From Callorhinchus milii (lineage: Eukaryota): DNA of 64,000 nt. Below the pieces are notes generated by a model. The model was given only the letters and a program-made list of their open reading frames with translations. It was not told the origin of the DNA and made no database searches. The DNA lies in assembly GCF_018977255.1 (NCBI RefSeq), contig NW_024704743.1:86616001-86680000 (forward strand). Reading direction: 5' to 3'. Each line of letters opens with the position of its first letter. Position 1 is the stretch's first letter. The position numbers and the translations under genes were made by a program. This document shows, piece after piece, positions 49,164 to 61,850 of the stretch.

Positions 49164-50234
49164 AAGAAAGATTTAATGTATTTGTTTATTTCTAAAGCCC
49201 AAATTTTACAAAATCTTCTATAATTTCTGTTCATTTTTAAACTATAGAACTTTGGCTCCATCTAGAGGTCTATTTTCCCTAAATACAGGAAATTTATACT
49301 TCTACTGAGATAACAGCATTAAATGGCAAAAACAATAATTACCATCAATACATAATATAACAATAATACATTGCATTTATGTAGCACCTTTCATGTCAAG
49401 AGGATGCACTAAGGCACTGGATAGTCAAGCTGAGTGTTTGGGTGGTGATCAAGGGGAAATGTGGTGTGAAGAATACCAAATTAGAAAGTAATACACTTCT
49501 CAGGAGATGTACTAAAGTGTATTAAAGAACAAAAATATTGTACTTCCAGGTTATATGTGGAAACTAAACCACATAATATTTACTTTCGTTCACAACCGGT
49601 TATCCTATCAATTTTACATTGAATGTAATTTCGGGAATTTCTAGAATGCGACTAGTTATGTGTTAAGCGGAGTGACAAGTAAATCGGAGCCCCTTATTAA
49701 CATTTTGCATGGGAAGCAGCCAGAATATTATAGCATGGCGATTTTAGTGGTAGTGACATTCACATTAATTGGAACCAATTTGAAAACTGTCTGGATAATG
49801 AGTCTCTATGTTTTTGTGTGTAGGTGGATGTGTGTGAGTTTGTTTCTCTAACTGGCTCTCAGTGTGCGCATGTGCGTGTGTCATGCACAAAGCTTGTACT
49901 TATCCAGATTAGATTGCTTCACCTCATGCTGTCACACATTTGCACTGTTGAAATTTAAACTATGGATATCTCATGTAGAACTGTAACAAGGCTACATTCT
50001 ACAGCGTCTAATACCACTTTATAATTACACCTTTAGTCCAATTTACAGATTGAGTGGACCATGTGCAAATTACATACATGTGTCCTCATAAGGGGAACCA
50101 AAGGCCACCCATAATTTCTTGTACACATGCATTTTCACATGGTTAGTAGGACACTCAGACTTGTCAGAATCGAGCCAGTCTCTGTGGTGATCTCAGTAGT
50201 CCAGTTCCTGAGCCAGGAAAATGACAGACAGATG

Positions 50235-50440
50235 GTGGAGTGGAGTGGAACAAGCAGGAGGCCAGAGCCAGCCTGGGTAGAGACGGACTTGGTGGCGGGT
50301 GTTAGAATGGAGAGGTAGGGAAGTGTCAGGGCATGAACGGATTTGTAGACGAGTGTGAGGATCTTGAAGTCGATCCGTTGTGCAGAGGGAGCCAATGGAG
50401 TATGGCAAGGAATGTTGTGATGGGGGGATGGAGTTTTGAG
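50235..50440 (-). mobile_element. Old L2 fragment
   Basis: QRIDFKILTLVYKSVHAL. Confidence 0.7.
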
Positions 50441-50767
50441 CGGATAAATGAAATGATAGACTTGCTTTGTAAAAGAGCTGGCACTGCCACAATTGGGCCG
50501 AAGGGCAGCCTTCTCAGGTGTGAATTTCTATGGTTCTACAGTTCTACGAGGACAAGGTACACGTGGGACATAGTTTGAACGAGTGACACTTGGGCAGCTG
50601 TAGCTGGAGAAACATGAACGGATATAGATCCCTCTCTAGAGGTTCATTTCACCTCTGAACGTCAGCACAGATGGCATGTCCAATGAAAATCCTAGAGAAA
50701 GGAACCGCTGATATAAACCAACTTTCCATTCAGAACCACGGCTAGTTACAGACCAACTGCTGCTAGA

Positions 50768-51070
50768 GCAACAACAACAACAGCAACAACAATAACGATA
50801 AATTGTATTTATATATAGCACCCTTCATGTTGGGAGGACATCCCAAGATGATGTTGGGGTAGCCAACATGGTTTTGGATAGTCAAGGTTTTGCACCTGAG
50901 CTGAGATTGTAATCACCAACTGGAGGGCAAGAGGGCTGGGGGTAGGAAGGTGACTAAAGATACGGTCAGAGAGGAAGGTCTTAAGATGGCCCTAGAAGGA
51001 ACCAATGGAGGGGTGAGGCAAAGGGATGGAGTTCCAGAGGGTGGGACCAGAAAGGCCGAATAGGCTGAAG
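50768..51070 (-). mobile_element. L2 3' end fragment
   Basis: (CAA)n tail, ttgggaggacatcccaag and ggagttccagagggtggg (antisense PTLWNS). Confidence 0.75.
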
Positions 51071-52104
51071 CAAATAGCCACCAAATGAACATCATTATTG
51101 TGTTCTAAGTAAGAACTATATATCTTGTAACCCATATGGTAATAATGATATTAATCTATGCATTGACATAATAATACTTGCATTTGATATAGTGCCTTTC
51201 AAGTCGGAAGGTGTCTTGAAGGGATTCACAGGATTTATTGTAAAGTATTGATTGCGTATTTTGTAGGCAAACGCAGTAGCCAATTGGCAACAAATTTTGA
51301 CAAAGAATATGTGGAAACGTTTGAAACACCTATTTTATATGGGGGATTGTTGGCCAGGTTTACAGGAGAAATTCCCTTTTCTTTTTTGAGGAGAGCCATG
51401 CACTGTTGATGTCCAGCAACAGCAAAGATTGTGCCATCTTCAAACCATTATTAAAGATCATTAGAGAGGGAACTTCTCCCAGTATTCTAGCCAACAATAA
51501 CCATGACTAACACTTGGTAAAGTCCTGTTAGCAGATATTTATCGAAGACCATCACTGCAGTAAACTTGTCCTCCAATAGAAGAGTTTAGTGCTATGTGCC
51601 TGTTCTTAATAGTCATATTTTTCCTTCACATGCAAATGCATAGAATTCTGCATTGCTCTTGAAACCCCACCTATTTCAGTTGAAATCAAGAACACAGACC
51701 TGGATTGAACTTGAGTAATGATTCTGTGTTTTATGTCTAGAAAGAAACTTACAAAATTTGGAATTTCTTATTTTGCAAAACAAGCCTTGAAGTTTTCTAT
51801 TCAATTTCATTACTTTTAAGTGATTTTGTTGATTAAGAATTGCATGAAATTTCTGGCCAGTGATTGAAGAACACGTTTAAAAGTTATTCAATTGCAGAAC
51901 TGCTATATTCCATGTGATGGCACTGCTGACCTAGGAAGGTGTGTGGCATTCATCAGTGCCACTTGTTGGTCTGCAATGGTACTGCAGCACTATCAAATAA
52001 GTATAAGGAATGCTTTGGATATTTGGACAACAACTTGTATTTATATAGTGCCCTTCAGGCCAGGTAGCATCTTGGAACACTTGCACTCACATTAAAGAAA
52101 TAGA

Positions 52105-54180
52105 CAACTCAACCTGCTCATCCTCAGAGACTTCAACCTACACTTCACCCCCTCTTGCTCTGTCTCCACTGACTTTTCCTCTCTCCTCTCACAACCTCTC
52201 CAGAACCTCCTTAAATCTGATTTAACGGTCCACCGGCAGATCTGGCTGGACCACATCAAAACTTACCGCTTCACCATCGCTAAATCGTCCTTCTATTCCA
52301 AGCCAATTGGCTGCCACGTTTCACCAGCAAAATACTGTCAATTCACTTTACAGTATATTCTGTGAAGCGCTTTTAGATGTCTCGAAGGCGTGATAAGGTG
52401 CTATATCACATGCAAGGATATTATCCTTAATATTATCATTAAGATAATCTTGGAGATCAAGGACAACCCTAAGCTCCTTTTCTTTACTACCAATCATTCA
52501 GCTGCCTCCACCCTCCCAACCGCCACCCTCTCCCCATCTCTCCTTCACACTCCGGCCCCTACTTATCCCTCCCTCCACACCTTCGAACCTTTCTCCCCCT
52601 CCTCTCTCACCACCACTATAACCCGCATAAAGCCCACCACCTGCTCCTACAAGCCCATTCCTACCACTCTCCTTACTTTCCAGCTCCACCTCCTTGCCCC
52701 TTTACTCTCAGACCTCAGCAACCTCTCCCTGTCCACTGGAACCATTCCCACTCCCTTTAAAACAGCCGTCATCACCCTTATCCTAAAAAGAACTTCCCTG
52801 GATCCATCCCTGCTCACAAACTACTGCCCCATCTCCAACATTCCCTTCCTTTCCAAGGCCCTTGAAATAGTTGTTACTTCCTAGCTTCACTGCTTCTTCT
52901 TCTGATTCTCCCTTTATGAACCCCTCCAATCGTGTGTCCGTGGTGCCCACAGCATTATGACAAATGACATTCTGTCCATCTCTGACCAGGGCTCTCTCTG
53001 TCACCTTGTCCTTCTTGACCTCTCTGCTGCTTTGGACATTGTGGACCATTCTTTCCTCCGCCACCACCACGCTTCTCAACTCAACCTTCAAGGTTCTGTC
53101 CTTGAATGGTTCAGATCCTATCTCTCATACCGGCTCCACTTTGTCTCCACAAATGGCATCTCCTCCAGCTCCCGCACCATCTTGTGTGGTGGTCCTCAGG
53201 GCTCTATCCTCGGGCCTTTTCTCTTCAACCTGTACATGCTCTCTCTTGGTGACATCATCCGCAAACAAGGGGTCAACTTCCAAATGTATGCGGATAACAC
53301 CCAACTGTATCTCTCTGCCTCCACCCTCAACTGCAGGACCACTGATGTCCTGACAGAATGCCTGTCAGACATCAAATCCTGGATGAGAGCCAGTTTTCTA
53401 CAGTTGAACGTCAGCAAGACCGAGGCTCTCCTGATTGGCTTGCACGGGCACCTCTGCATCTCAGGCACTGGCATCATCAGTATCCACGGTTACACACTCC
53501 ATCTCACCAAGCCAGTTAGGAACCTAGATGTCTTGTTCGATCCTCAACTGTCCTTTCTTCCCTGCATCCGTGCCGTGACCTGTTCTGCCTTCCTCCACAT
53601 CCGCAACCTTGCCGGACTCCGCCACTGCAACTGTGCCAACTCCCTCCTTGTCGGCCTTCCCAACTCTTCCCTCCACAAGCTGTAGATCATCCAGAAATCT
53701 ACAGCTTGTGTCCTCTCCAGTACCAGGCTCCGTGACCCCACCACCCCCACTCTCATCCAGCTCCACTGGCTCCCCATCCCTCAGAGGATAGAATTCAAAA
53801 TCCTCGTCCTCACCTTCAAGGCCCTCCACGGCCTTGCCCCTTCCTACCTCTTTGACCTGCTAACCCCTTATCCACCTGTCCACATCATCCGCTCAGCAGT
53901 GTCTGGGCTGCTCCATTTACCCTGCGAGGGCCTCAGCCTTTCTGTCCCCTCTCTCTGGAACTCCATCCCACATTCCCTATGCCTTGCTCCCTCCCTTGTC
54001 TCCTTCAAGGCATGCATCGTAACCCTCCTCTTCACCCTTCTACCCTCTCTGCCCTCTACCCTCCCTGATCCCAAATCCAACCCCCACCCCAATCGAGTCC
54101 TAATGACCCTCAGTATTCAGCGCTTTGGGACGTCCGCCCGACATGGTAGGCTCTTTACAAATGTCATTTTGTATTCTATT
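52105..54180 (+). mobile_element. L2 LINE, long decayed copy with a 242-aa RT ORF (52957-53685) and a SINE 3' piece nested at about 52300-52440
   Basis: NYCPISNIPFLSKALE, LLDLSAALDIVDH, GGPQGSILGPFLFNLYM, QMYADNTQLY; 3' end cagcgctttgggacgtccgcccgacatgg. Confidence 0.93.
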
Positions 54181-54399
54181 GTGCAGCCAACCCTATCCCA
54201 TACAGTGAAACATAGTGATTTCAAATGGGATTTTTAGTTAAGTTATCTGAAGCACAGGATCCTGATTTAAATGTTTTAAATCATGTTTTAAATTTCATTC
54301 TCAATGTGTATGATCAATGATTAGCAGAGTGATGTTTTTATTTCAAGGATATTGACCGCTTATTTAAGATTTTTTCACAAGATTGGTTCAGATCAAGAA

Positions 54400-54830
54400 A
54401 GTCCATTGACCCATTTTATTACATGCATCCAGAACACGCACCCTACTGTCCTCTATCATAGCACAAAGCTTTTTTTTAAAAATGAGTCCAATATTCTGCT
54501 CATCCTTCCTGGCAACCTGTTCCTTTTGTTGATTATCCTCGTAATAAATAAATACTTCCTGGTATATGTCCTAAAATTGCCCTTTGCAACCCCAAAACGA
54601 CGTCACCTTGTTCTAGTGTCTCGGTGCATCCAAAAATGATTTGTTCTGGGTTCACTTTCTCAATCCCATTTAAAATCATGTAAACCACAGACATGCCCTT
54701 TGAGACATCTCTTAAGATGGAAAAGCCCCAGTTTGTTTCTCATAGTTCATTTTTCTAATACTGGGAATCATTCTTGCTGTTCTCCTCTGAAGTGTGTCTA
54801 AGGGCATGGGCAGTCCCTGAATACCATTTC
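54400..54830 (-). mobile_element. CR1-clade 3' fragment, decayed
   Basis: Similar to 42720-43450 and 2660-3000. Confidence 0.65.
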
Positions 54831-55744
54831 AGGTGGGTTCAGTTCCTGAAGCAGCTGAAAACAGTCCACATGAACACTCACTTCAACACATTTTACTGTG
54901 TTGTGTTCATATTTTGATCTATATTTTATGTGAATAATGTCCTTGTCACAAAATGTTGCTATTGGTGCATCAATGTGTCATCCATTGCTGAGACAAAGAC
55001 AGGAAGGTTGGAAATTCACAACAGGTCGATCAGTACCTGAAAGATAAAGCCAGTTCTAATGTACGGCCATACCCCAAATGTTAACCTTTCCCTCTTTCAA
55101 TGAGGCACATTGACTTGCTGTGGATGCCCAGCACTTCCTGGTGTTATCTCTGCATGCATATAGTTTTGATGATATTCCTTTGGGAGACATGAACACAGTG
55201 CAATAATTATTTCATACAATTTTCAAACACAAAATTTATTTCTACAGAGAACAAATAGAAAACACCTGGACACAGCTTCATTCATAGAAATTGAGAGAGC
55301 ATTTTAAAAACAATCTACAGTATCAGCGTGGTAACTGGGAATGATAAATAAGAACACAGGAAAGGAGAAGCCATTCGTCTGCAGTGGCTATTCTGTCAGT
55401 TTACATCAAGTACAAATACAGATCACTACTCTTTATGATAGTGATGCACTCTGAGACATCTGGACAATGTAATGAAGTTCTACATCAAATGCAAAGATTA
55501 TTATTAATTATCATTCTATTATATATTAAAGATCATGTCTGATTTTCCAAATAAATGATTTTTCCTGGTGGTTTGGCACAAATCCTCCTGATTAATTGAT
55601 TATTAATTTCATATAATAATATAATAATAATCCTTGCATTTGATATAGCGCTTTTCACGTCTTCTCGACGTCTTCATGACTGTTTGTGGGCCCTTGCTGG
55701 TGCAAATGACAGCTGCGTTTACCTTTGAAAGAATGCATTCAACC

Positions 55745-56120
55745 TGGCTAAGTAGGTAGTTCTCTCAAATTTGAAGTTTATTAGTTCAAGCCCCACATCG
55801 GGACTTTGAACTCGCATAGTCAAGGCTGACACTGTAATGCATCCTCTGCATGTTTACATGAATACTAAAGATCCCATGGCACTATTCAAAAAGAGAAGGG
55901 AGTTTTTCCCAGTGTCCTCACCACCAATCCCCCAATAAAATCAGTCACTCACTTCATGGCTGTGTGTGGGCAATGCTGTTTTCAAACTGGCTGCCTCATT
56001 TGTCTACAAAATACACATTTACTATAGCTTATTACAGTGAATCCTGTGAAGTGCTTTGAGATATCCTCTCAACATGAATGACACTATATTAAATGCAAGG
56101 ATTATTAATATTATCATTAT
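55745..56120 (+). mobile_element. Older DeuSINE-like SINE
   Basis: ttcaagccccacatcgggactttgaactc...ggctgtgtgtgggcaatgctg...aaatgcaaggattatt. Confidence 0.72.
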
Positions 56121-56741
56121 TAGTCACTACATCAGATGATGCTTTGAGTCTTTGATTTACAAAGCTCTAAAAAATGGTTAACGCTTTCTTTCATAAGCAC
56201 TAGAAATGAACATAATAACTTATGAACAGTAAATATTTTTAGAAGGGCACAGTTTTTTTAATATTGTTTATACAATAGCATTGCTGGGCAGGCTCCTCTT
56301 TTACCCCCTTCATTTCAGCTGCTAAACCCATGGAGTGGATGTGCTGGGGTGACATAGGCATCCATTTCTTATCACTGGTGGCACAGAGTGATCAGCCAGC
56401 TTACAACCTGATCATGGGCTACCTTCCTTTTCCAGTCTCTGCCAAGTAAGTGCCAAAACAAAGCAAACACTCAGCAGAGAAAATACGGATCAAACACACT
56501 GGCATCAATGATAAGCGAATGCACACCACAGGGATCCATCCTCTCAGCGTACATCACCCCAAGCGCAACACTCCACTCTTTAGTAGAGCAGATAGAGAAT
56601 TATACAGGACACCACAGAAAGAGGAGCCCTCGAAACTGGAGTGTAGAAAAATAAAATTGATTGCCAAAAGGAAAATATCTTACTACCTGAGACTCAGGAA
56701 AGTACTCAGCTTTTCTAGCACTTGACCTACACAAAAGTGTT

Positions 56742-56800
56742 TCTTAAGCATGGTGATGGGTTTCTGCATGTGTTGGACACCCTGGATGACCAAAACAAAG
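56742..56800 (+). repeat. Unclassified hairpin-ended repeat, short copy
   Basis: tcttaagcatggtgatgggtttctgcatgtgttggacaccctggatgaccaaaacaaa. Confidence 0.8.
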
Positions 56801-57195
56801 TGCTTCTTTGAAACTGGTGTTATTTCCTTTATATAGTGCAACATCCCTCCCTTCCCTCCATCTCTTTCACATGGTGATGGAGTGTGGCTCAGCTTGATTC
56901 TGCAAAAACTTAGGGAAGCGCTCAGAGTGCTTGATGGTAGTGCCTCAGTGCTGAGTGGACTGTGTTGTGATCACCAGCCACCTACCCTCCCTATATCTCA
57001 CACACTGCACAACCTACCATTCCGTTTCTGAAAAGCTCTTCAAGAAATGTTCATATATGAGTGGTGCTATATAAATACAAGTTGCTGTTGAAGAATATTG
57101 ACCAAGACACAACAACAACAAATTACATTTGTATAGCGCCTTTCACATCGGGAGGTGCAAACACGAGGAGAACACCCATCTTATCTTCGAGAAAG

Positions 57196-57547
57196 TGGAG
57201 TCCTGTAGCTCAGTGGTTAGAGCACTCACAAGCAAGAGACCAAGGTTCTATTCCCTGAAGGGTGAAATGTTCGGCAAGTTTCCTTACTCCACATGACTCT
57301 GCTTACCTAGAAGAAAGTAGAAACCCAGTTGTTAATCGATTGCTGAATCACTTTTCTAATCCTTAAAAAAATAGATTTGGGTCACTCAATCCGCGACTGT
57401 TTGTGGGACACTGCTGTGCGCAATTGGCTGCCGTGTTTCGCCCACAAATATACAGTCAATTCACTTTACAGTATATTCTGTGAAGCGCTTTGAGACATCT
57501 AGAAGACATGAAAAGCGCCAATCAGATGCAAGGATTATTATTATTAT
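57196..57547 (+). mobile_element. tRNA-derived SINE (long variant)
   Basis: gtggagtcctgtagctcagtggttagagcac...gatgcaaggattattatt. Confidence 0.92.
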
Positions 57548-58366
57548 AGTGACTGGGGATCTTTACCAACCACCTTAGCCACCAGAATGTGTTGATATGA
57601 CCATTAGGCTACTGTCCGATCTAAGGGAAAATCAATTTTCTCTGCTGTGTTGGTTTCCTGTAGAAAGGAAGACATGTGGGAGTAAAATAAAGGTGGTTGC
57701 AGGAATCCTGGAGCAAATTCCTTTCCTGGCCTCTGCTGTATGAAATGGTGAATATCATCAGAAATGGAGGGAGGAGGGGGAAAACTTAAAGGGAGAATAT
57801 GTTATTAAAAACTTTTTTTAACCGGATCATGACACACAGGCGATTTTTGGAAAGTTAAGTCCTATAATCCTTAACTTAAACGATTGGTTTCATGGGGCAT
57901 TGCGGCTTTAAAATCAACGTTTATCAACTAGTACCATAAAGCCAGTCCCTCACGAGGATTACATTCTAGACATGATCCCTTTAGCTCTGTAACCCTTTCC
58001 ATTCACACAACTACCACTGTAATAAATGTTTTCGTATTAGAAAAGGAAGACTCCTTGCAATCCCAAAGTGCCGATTTTCACTTAATATCAGCACACTAAA
58101 AATCAAATTGTTTTAAACATTCGATTGACTCTGTTTAACATTTATGAATGAATATTACCTTGCTTAATTGTAACTTGACATACCAGGACTATTTCAGTAT
58201 AAGGTTTTCCTGAACTAATTCACAGTGCGCACCGCATTAAAAAAGCTCTTCTCCAATTTCTCATTTAGGCCTTTTCTCATAGAATTGTGTTTACCCCTGT
58301 CAGAAGGTTTCGTTCATTCTCCACTGACACCTCTCATTCCCACGATTATACATCTCAAACACAAGA

Positions 58367-58720
58367 TAATAATAATATGAAGAAGAATCTTTGTATTTGA
58401 TATAGCGCCTTATCACATCTTCGAGACGTCTCAAAGAGCTTCACAGAATATATTGTAAAGTGAATTGACTGCTTACTATGTGGGCTAAACGTGATAGCCA
58501 ATTGCGCACAGCAGTGCCCCACAAACAGTCGTGGATTGAGTGATCAAATTATTATTACTTTTTTGAAGGAATTATTACCCCCGGCAAAGTGATCTGCCAA
58601 TCAACCGGGTAAGTAGGAACAACCGGGGTCCAACTTACTGCTAGGTAAACAGAGACATGTGGAGTAAGGAAAATGTGCCCAACCTTTCACCCCACCGGGA
58701 ATCAAACCCGAGTCTTGCTT
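58367..58720 (-). mobile_element. tRNA-derived SINE (long variant), followed by another SINE tail at 58730-58872
   Basis: Antisense tail, Deu-like and CORE-like segments. Confidence 0.88.
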
Positions 58721-59329
58721 GAGAGATAGCAATAATAATAATAATAATAATCCTTGCATTTAATATAACGCCTTATCGCATTATTGACATGTCTCAAAGC
58801 ATTTCGCCGGATATATTGTAAAGTGATGTGACGGTGTATTTTGTGGTGATCACGGCAGCTAATTTGCGCAAAATAAGGCATGAGGATCTAAGGGAGTTAG
58901 AAGCCTTTGTTAGGTTTTACAACAATTTTAACTAAAGAAAGTTCTTTTTTTTTCTGGAGGCGATGAAGGGAAAGAGATTCTAGTTTTTGAAAGAGGTGTT
59001 TATCTACTCCCTGAATGGTGTAGTTGATAATGGAGCAGAGTCTCAGTATATCTTGTTCCTTGGTAAGCTGTCTCCATGCCTCAGGCACCCCTTTGAAGTG
59101 TGTTGTTACCTACTGATGATCGAATCATGCAGGACAGACAAGAGTCCTCCTACGACTTTACAGTGATTGAATGTATGCTTCACTGTTTAAATGTGTTACA
59201 ACTCCTTCCTATCATGCACTACACATTTCACAGAGTGTTTCAGATTCCTGGTGAGAACTCCTGCTCCCATCCCTCACTGCACAGTGCAATGTGGCACTTT
59301 TCAGGGGCAAGGTAATATTTTTGTTATGT

Positions 59330-61650
59330 TGTTTCCCTTTATGTTCCCATCCTCCCTGCCAATCAGTCCATTATGCCCTCATCTCCAGGACCTCACTTGC
59401 CCTATTCCCTTACTCCTCTGGTTCATTCCCCTAATTCGAGCACCTTACACCCCTACCATCACTCCAATCTTTCCCTCAAAATTCACCTAATTTACCGCCG
59501 CCCATCCCAAAACCTCCCCCACCTTCATCTCTGAAGTCTCCACCTTCCTAGCTTCCCTCTGCCTCTGTTCTCTCCTCTCTTCTCACAACCTCTCCCTTCA
59601 CATCCACGCTGCTATCCACGTTCATGGCTACCCACTCGACCTGGTGATTACCCGGGGCCTCAGCATTTCACAATCACAGACAAAGCCATCTCCGATCACC
59701 ATTTCATCCCCTTTAACTCCTCAATCCCACTCCACTCCACTACCAAACCCATTTCCATCTCCTATCATCCCTGGAAAAAAATCTCCCTGCAATCCCTTTC
59801 CGCTGCCCTGGAGTCATCTGAACTCCTCCCACTCTGGCCTACCTCCCACGCTGATTTATCCTCCTCGCTCACTCTCCTCCACAATTCCCTCTCCATCACT
59901 CTTGATACCCTTGACCCCTCACCTCCCGAATCGCCTTCTACTCATGATCTCACTCTGGTACACCAGCCACCGTTCTCTCAAGGATCAGGTGCGGTCTGCC
60001 GAACACACCTGGCTCAAGTCTGATCTAATGGTCCACCAGCAGATCTGGCTGCAACACATCAAAATGTACCGATCCGCCCTTGCTTCTGCCAAATCATCCT
60101 TCTATTCCAAGATAATCATGGAGGCAAAGGACAACCGCAGGCTCCTAATCTCCACCACCAACCGGCTCCTCCGTCCACCCTCCCTCGCCTCGCCCATTCT
60201 CTCCTCAAGCTCTGATTATTAGGAGATGCTGGATTTCTTTGAGACCGAAATTGAGGGGATCCATTCAGCTGCCTCTGCCCTCCCAACCGCTACTCCCTCT
60301 CCATCTCCTCCCATACTCCGACCCCTACCCATCCCTCCCTCCACATCTTCGAACCTGTCTGTCTCTCCTCTATCATCACCACAATATGCAGCATGAAGCA
60401 CACCACCTGCTCCCTTGACCCCGTCCCCACCCCTCTGCTTACCTCCCAGCTCCACCTCCTCGCCCTCTACTCTCCGACACCATCAATCTCTCCCTTTCAT
60501 CTGGCACTGTTCTCATCCCCCTAAAAACAGCTATAATCACCCCCATCCTGAAAAAACCTTCCCTGGACCCATCCCTGCCTTCTAACTACCATCCCATCTC
60601 CAACCTCCCTTTTCTTCTGAAGGTCTTGAAAGAGCCGTTACTTCCCAGATTGCCTCATGTTGACAGCACGGAAACTTCTCCGGTTAAGGTGACAAACAAC
60701 ATTTTGTCCATCTGTGACCAGGGCTATCTCTGCCTCCTCGTCCTCCTGGACCTCTCTGCTGCCTTCGATACCGTGGACCCCTCCATCCTCCACCACCGTC
60801 TCATCTCAACCTTCAAGGTTCTGTCTTTGAATGGTTTGGGTCTTATCTCTCACAATGTCTTCAATTTGTCTCTGCCAACAGTTTCTCTTCCAGCCCCTGC
60901 ACAGTCTTGTCTCGTGTGGTGCTCCTCAGGGCACTGTACTTCGGACCCCTCCTCTTCAAACTCCTCATATTCCCCTTTGGTGACATCATCTGCAGACATG
61001 GGGTCAACTTCCATATGTATGCGGATGACACCCAACTCTATCTTTCTGCCTCCACCTTGGAATCCAGAACAACTGACGTCCTGACAGACTGCCTGTCTGA
61101 CATCAAGTCCTGGATGAGAGCCAACCTTCTACAGCTGAATGTCAGCAAGACTGAGGCCCTCCTGATTGGCTCGTGCCAGCGCCTCAGCACCTCAGGCACT
61201 GGCAGCATCAGCCTCCATGGTTGCACACGCCACCTCAACAAACCAGTTAGGAACTTGGGCATCTTGTTCGACCCTCAACTGTCCTTTCTCCCCCATATCC
61301 GTGCCATGACCATTCTGCCTTCCCCAACCTCTGCAACATTGCCTGACTCTGCCACTGCCTCACCCCTCAGGCCATCGAAAACGTCATACACGCATTCATC
61401 ACCTCAAGCTCGACTACGGAAACTCCTTCCTTGTCAGCCTTCCCAACTCTTTGCTCCACAAGCTGCAGATCACCCAGAACTCTGCAGCTCGTGTCCTCTT
61501 CTGCACCTGGCTCTGTGATCCCATCAGCCCCACCCTCACCCGGCTCCACTGGCTCTCCATCCCTCAGAGGACAGAATTCAAAATCCGCATCCTCACTTTC
61601 AAGGCCCTCCACGGCCTTGCCCCCTTCTACATCTCTGACCTGCGGAACCC
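59330..61650 (+). mobile_element. L2 LINE, long decayed copy (endonuclease to RT C-terminus), 3' UTR missing before a (TTG)n run
   Basis: HGYPLDLVITRG, KDNRRLLISTTNRLL, LLDLSAAFDTVD, FHMYADDTQLY, KLQITQNSAARV, LHWLSIPQRTEFKI. Confidence 0.93.
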
Positions 61651-61739
61651 ATTGTTGTTGTTGTTGCTGTTGTTATTGTTTTGTTGTATGAAGACATAAT
61701 TGGATTTTGCATCATTAAGATGCATTGAAAAGGTGGTAC

Positions 61740-61850
61740 AGACATTTCATTCCGATCTATGGAATTTCTAAATGCAGCTGGGATGCATGCAACCCTCAGT
61801 TTGGTTTGAATACTCTTAAGCATGGTGAGGGGCTTCTGCATGTGTCATTT
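61740..61850 (+). repeat. Unclassified hairpin-ended repeat
   Basis: ctcagtttggtttgaatactcttaagcatggtgaggggcttctgcatgtgtca. Confidence 0.8.

Noticed and set aside
52957..53685. 242-aa ORF as a functional reverse transcriptase gene
   Set aside because: Bounded by stops and frameshifts, and the catalytic YADD reads YADN; it is a decayed L2 piece.
56436..56445. 10-nt microexon-like signal (ttccttttccag TCTCTGCCAA gtaagt)
   Set aside because: Too short to distinguish from chance without transcript data.
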